Assembly (NCBI GenBank): GCA_030390025.1 | Contig: CM059452.1 | Coordinates: 6,944,001-7,008,000 of the forward strand | Length of the DNA: 64,000 nucleotides | Direction: 5' to 3' | From: Squalus acanthias | Taxonomy: Eukaryota | In this document: in pieces, positions 60,780 to 64,000 of the stretch | Layout: each line of letters starts with the position of its first letter | Position numbering within the stretch: position 1 is the first letter of the stretch | Notes under the pieces: generated by a model | The model's database searches: none | The model's input: the letters and a program-made list of their open reading frames with translations, nothing else | Told to the model about the DNA's origin: nothing | Program-made: the position numbers and the translations under genes

Positions 60780-63700
60780 CACTGTGCCGTCAAACACTAT
60801 CAGAGCAGGTTCAACACGAGTTACATACAGAATAAAGCTCCCTTTACACTGTCCCATCAAACACTCCCAGGGCAGTTACAGCACGGGTTAGATACAGAGT
60901 AAAGCTCCCTCGACACTGTCCCATCAAACACTCCCAGGGCAGGAACAGCACGGGTTAGATACAGAGTAAAGCTCCCTCTACACTGTCCCATCAAACACTC
61001 CCAGGGCAGGCACAGCACGGGTTAGATACAGAGTAAAGCTCCCTCTACACTGTCCCATCAAACACTCCCAGGGCAGGTACAGCACGGGTTAGATACAGAG
61101 TAAAGCTTCTTCTACACTGTCCCATCAAACACTCCCAGGGCAGGTACAGCACTGGTTAGACACAGATAAAGCTTCCCTCTACACTGTCCCATCAAACACT
61201 CCCAGGGCAGGCACAGCACGGGTTAGATACAGAGTAAATCTCCCTCTACACTGTCCCATCAAACACTCCCAGGGCAGGCACAGCACGGGTTAGATACAGA
61301 GTAAAGCTCCCTCTACACTGTCCCATCAAACACTCCCAGGGCAGGCACAGCACGGGTTAGATATAGAGTAAATCTCCCTCTACACTGTCCCATCAAACAC
61401 TCCCAGGGCAGGCACAGCACGGGTTACATACAGAGTAAAGCTCCCTCTACACTGTCCCATCAAACACTCCCAGGGCAGGCACAGAACGGGTTAGATACAG
61501 AGTAAAGCTCCCTCTACACTGTCCCTAAAAACTCCCAGGACATGTATAGCACGGTTTAAATACCGAGTAACGCTCCCTCTACACTGACCCATCAAACACT
61601 CCAAGGGCAGGTACAGCACGGGTTAGATACAAAGTAAAGTTCCCTCTACACTGTCCCATCAAACACTCCCAGGGCAGATACAGCACGGGTTAGCTACAGA
61701 GTAAAGCTCCCTCGACACTGTCCCATCAAACAGTCCCAGAGCAGGTACAGCACGGGTTAGATACAGAGTAAAGCTCCCTCGACACTGTCCCATCAAACAG
61801 TCCCAGAGCAGGTACAGCACGGGTTAGATACAGAGTAAAGCTCCTTCTACACTTTCCCTTCAAACAATCCCAGGGCGGGTACAACACAGCTTAGATACAG
61901 AGTAAAGCTCCTTCTACACTGTCCCGAATCACACACCAAGGGCAGGGACAGCATGGGTTAGATAGAATGTAAATCTCCCTCTACACTGCCAAATCAAACT
62001 CTCCCAGGGCAGGTAAAGTACAGGTTAGATTCAGAATAAAGCTCTGTCTACACAGTCCCATCAAACACTCCCAGGGCCGGAACAGCACGGGTTAGATACA
62101 GAGAAAAGCTCCCTCTACACAGTCCCATCAAACACTCCCAGGGCTGGAACAGCACGGGTTAGATACAGAGAAAAGCTCCCTCTACACTGTCCCATCAAAC
62201 ACTCCCAGGGCAGGTACAGCACGGTTTAGATACAGAGTAAATCTCCCTCTACACTGTCCCATCAAACACTCCCAGGTCAGGGACAGCACGGGTTAGATAC
62301 AGAGTAAAGCTCCCTCTACACAGTCCCATCAAACACTCCCAGGTCAGGGACAGCACGGGTTAGCTACAGAGTAAAGCTCCTTCTACACTGTCCCAAATCA
62401 CACACCCGGGGCAGGGACTGCTTGGTTCAGATACAGTGCAAATCTCCCTCAAAGCTGCCCCATCCAACAATCCCAGGGCAGGTACAGTGCACGTTCGATA
62501 CAGATTAAATCTCCCTCTGCACGGTCCCATCAAACACTCCCAGGCCACGTATTGCACGGTTTAGATACAGAGTAACGCTCCCTCAACACTGTCCCATCAA
62601 ACAATCACAGGGCAGGGACAGCACGGGTTCGATACACAGTAATGCTCCCTCTACACTATCCCATCAAACACACCCATGGCCAGGGACAGCACTGCTTAGA
62701 TCCAGAGTAAAGCTCCCTCTACACTCTCCGTTCAAACACGCCCAGGCCAGGTACAGCACGGGTTACATACAGAGTAAAGCTCCCTCTACACTGTCCCATC
62801 AAACACTCCCAGGGCAGGTACAGCACGGGTAAGATACAGAGTAAAGCTCCCTCTACACTGTCCCATCAAACACTCCCAGGCCACGTACAGCACGGTTCAG
62901 ATACAGTGTAAATCTCCCTCTAAACTGCCCCATCATACAGACCCAGGCAGGTACAGTGCAGGTTAGATACAGAGTAAATATCCCTCGACACTGTCCCATC
63001 AAACAGTCCCAGAGCAGGTACAGCACGGGTTAGATACAGAGTAAAGCTCCCTCTACACTGTCCCATCAAACACGCCAAAGCCAGGTATTGCACGGTTTAG
63101 ATATAGAGTAACGCTCCCTCTACACTGTCCCATCAAACACTCCCAGGGCAGGTACAGCACGGGTTAGACACAAAGTAAATATCCCTCTACACTGTCCCAT
63201 CAAACACTAACAGGCCAGGTACAGCACGGTATAGATTCAGAGTAAAGCTCCCTCTACACTGTCCCATCAAACCCTCCAGGCCAGGTACAGCACGGTTAGA
63301 CACAGAGTAAAGCTCCCTCTACACTGTCCCATCAAACCCTCCAGGCCAGGTACAGCACGGTTTAGATACCGTGTAACGCTCCCTCTACACTGTCCCATCA
63401 AACGCTCTCAGGGCAGGTACCGCATGGGTTATATACAGACTAAAGCTCCCTCTTCACTGTTCCATCACACATACTCAGGGCAGGGATAGCAAGGGTTAGA
63501 TACAGAGTAAAGTTCGCTCTACACTGGCCCATCAAACACGCCCAGGGCAGGTGTACAACAGGTTAGATACAGAGTAAGGCTTCCTCTACACTTTCCCATG
63601 AAACACGCTCAGGGCGGGTACAGCACGTGTTAGATACAGAGTAAAGCTCCCTCTACACTGTCCCATCAAACACTCCCAGGGCAGGGACAGCACGGATTGA

Positions 63701-64000
63701 TACAGAGTCAAGTTTTCTTTACAATTCCCATCAAACACACCTGGGACAGGTATAGCAAGGGTTAGACACAGAATAAAGCTCCCTCAAAATTGTCACATCA
63801 CACAATCCATGGTCAGGGGCAGCAAGGGTTAGATACAGAGTAAAGCTCTCTCTATACTGTCCCATCAAACACTCCCAGGGCTGGAGCACCACACGTTAGA
63901 TACAGAGTAAAGCTACCTCTACACTGTCCCATCAACCATTGACAGGGCAGTTACTGGACGGGATAGATGCAGAGCAAAGCACCCTCTACAATGTCCCATC
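60780..64000 (+). repeat. 67-bp satellite array, runs off right edge
   Basis: Same unit and orientation as the other 67-mer arrays. Confidence 0.97.

Overview
Eukaryotic genomic DNA from a cartilaginous fish (shark-type). Bases 1-16.4 kb carry one near-complete cluster-type IgM heavy-chain minilocus on the minus strand: promoter, leader exon, VH, D1, D2, JH (all unrearranged, with 23 / 12-22 / 12-12 / 23 RSS spacers), an 8.2 kb J-C intron, and CH1-CH4 with the secretory tail and two polyA signals. The TM exons must lie beyond the left edge. All C exons, splice sites and RSSs look intact, but the V exon has a 1-nt frameshift in CDR2 (pseudogene or consensus error). CH2 appears to lack both non-canonical cysteines seen in typical shark IgM. 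The remaining ~47 kb is almost all repeat DNA: CR1/L2 LINE fragments, V-SINE (HE1-like) and DeuSINE-like elements, a 67-bp satellite (also present inside the J-C intron), a 27-bp satellite (~9.7 kb array), a four-copy 4.5-5.2 kb higher-order tandem duplication and a ~35 kb-spaced segmental duplicate. I found no convincing new protein-coding system. The most interesting observations concern the Ig gene itself and repeats positioned where they could act on it.
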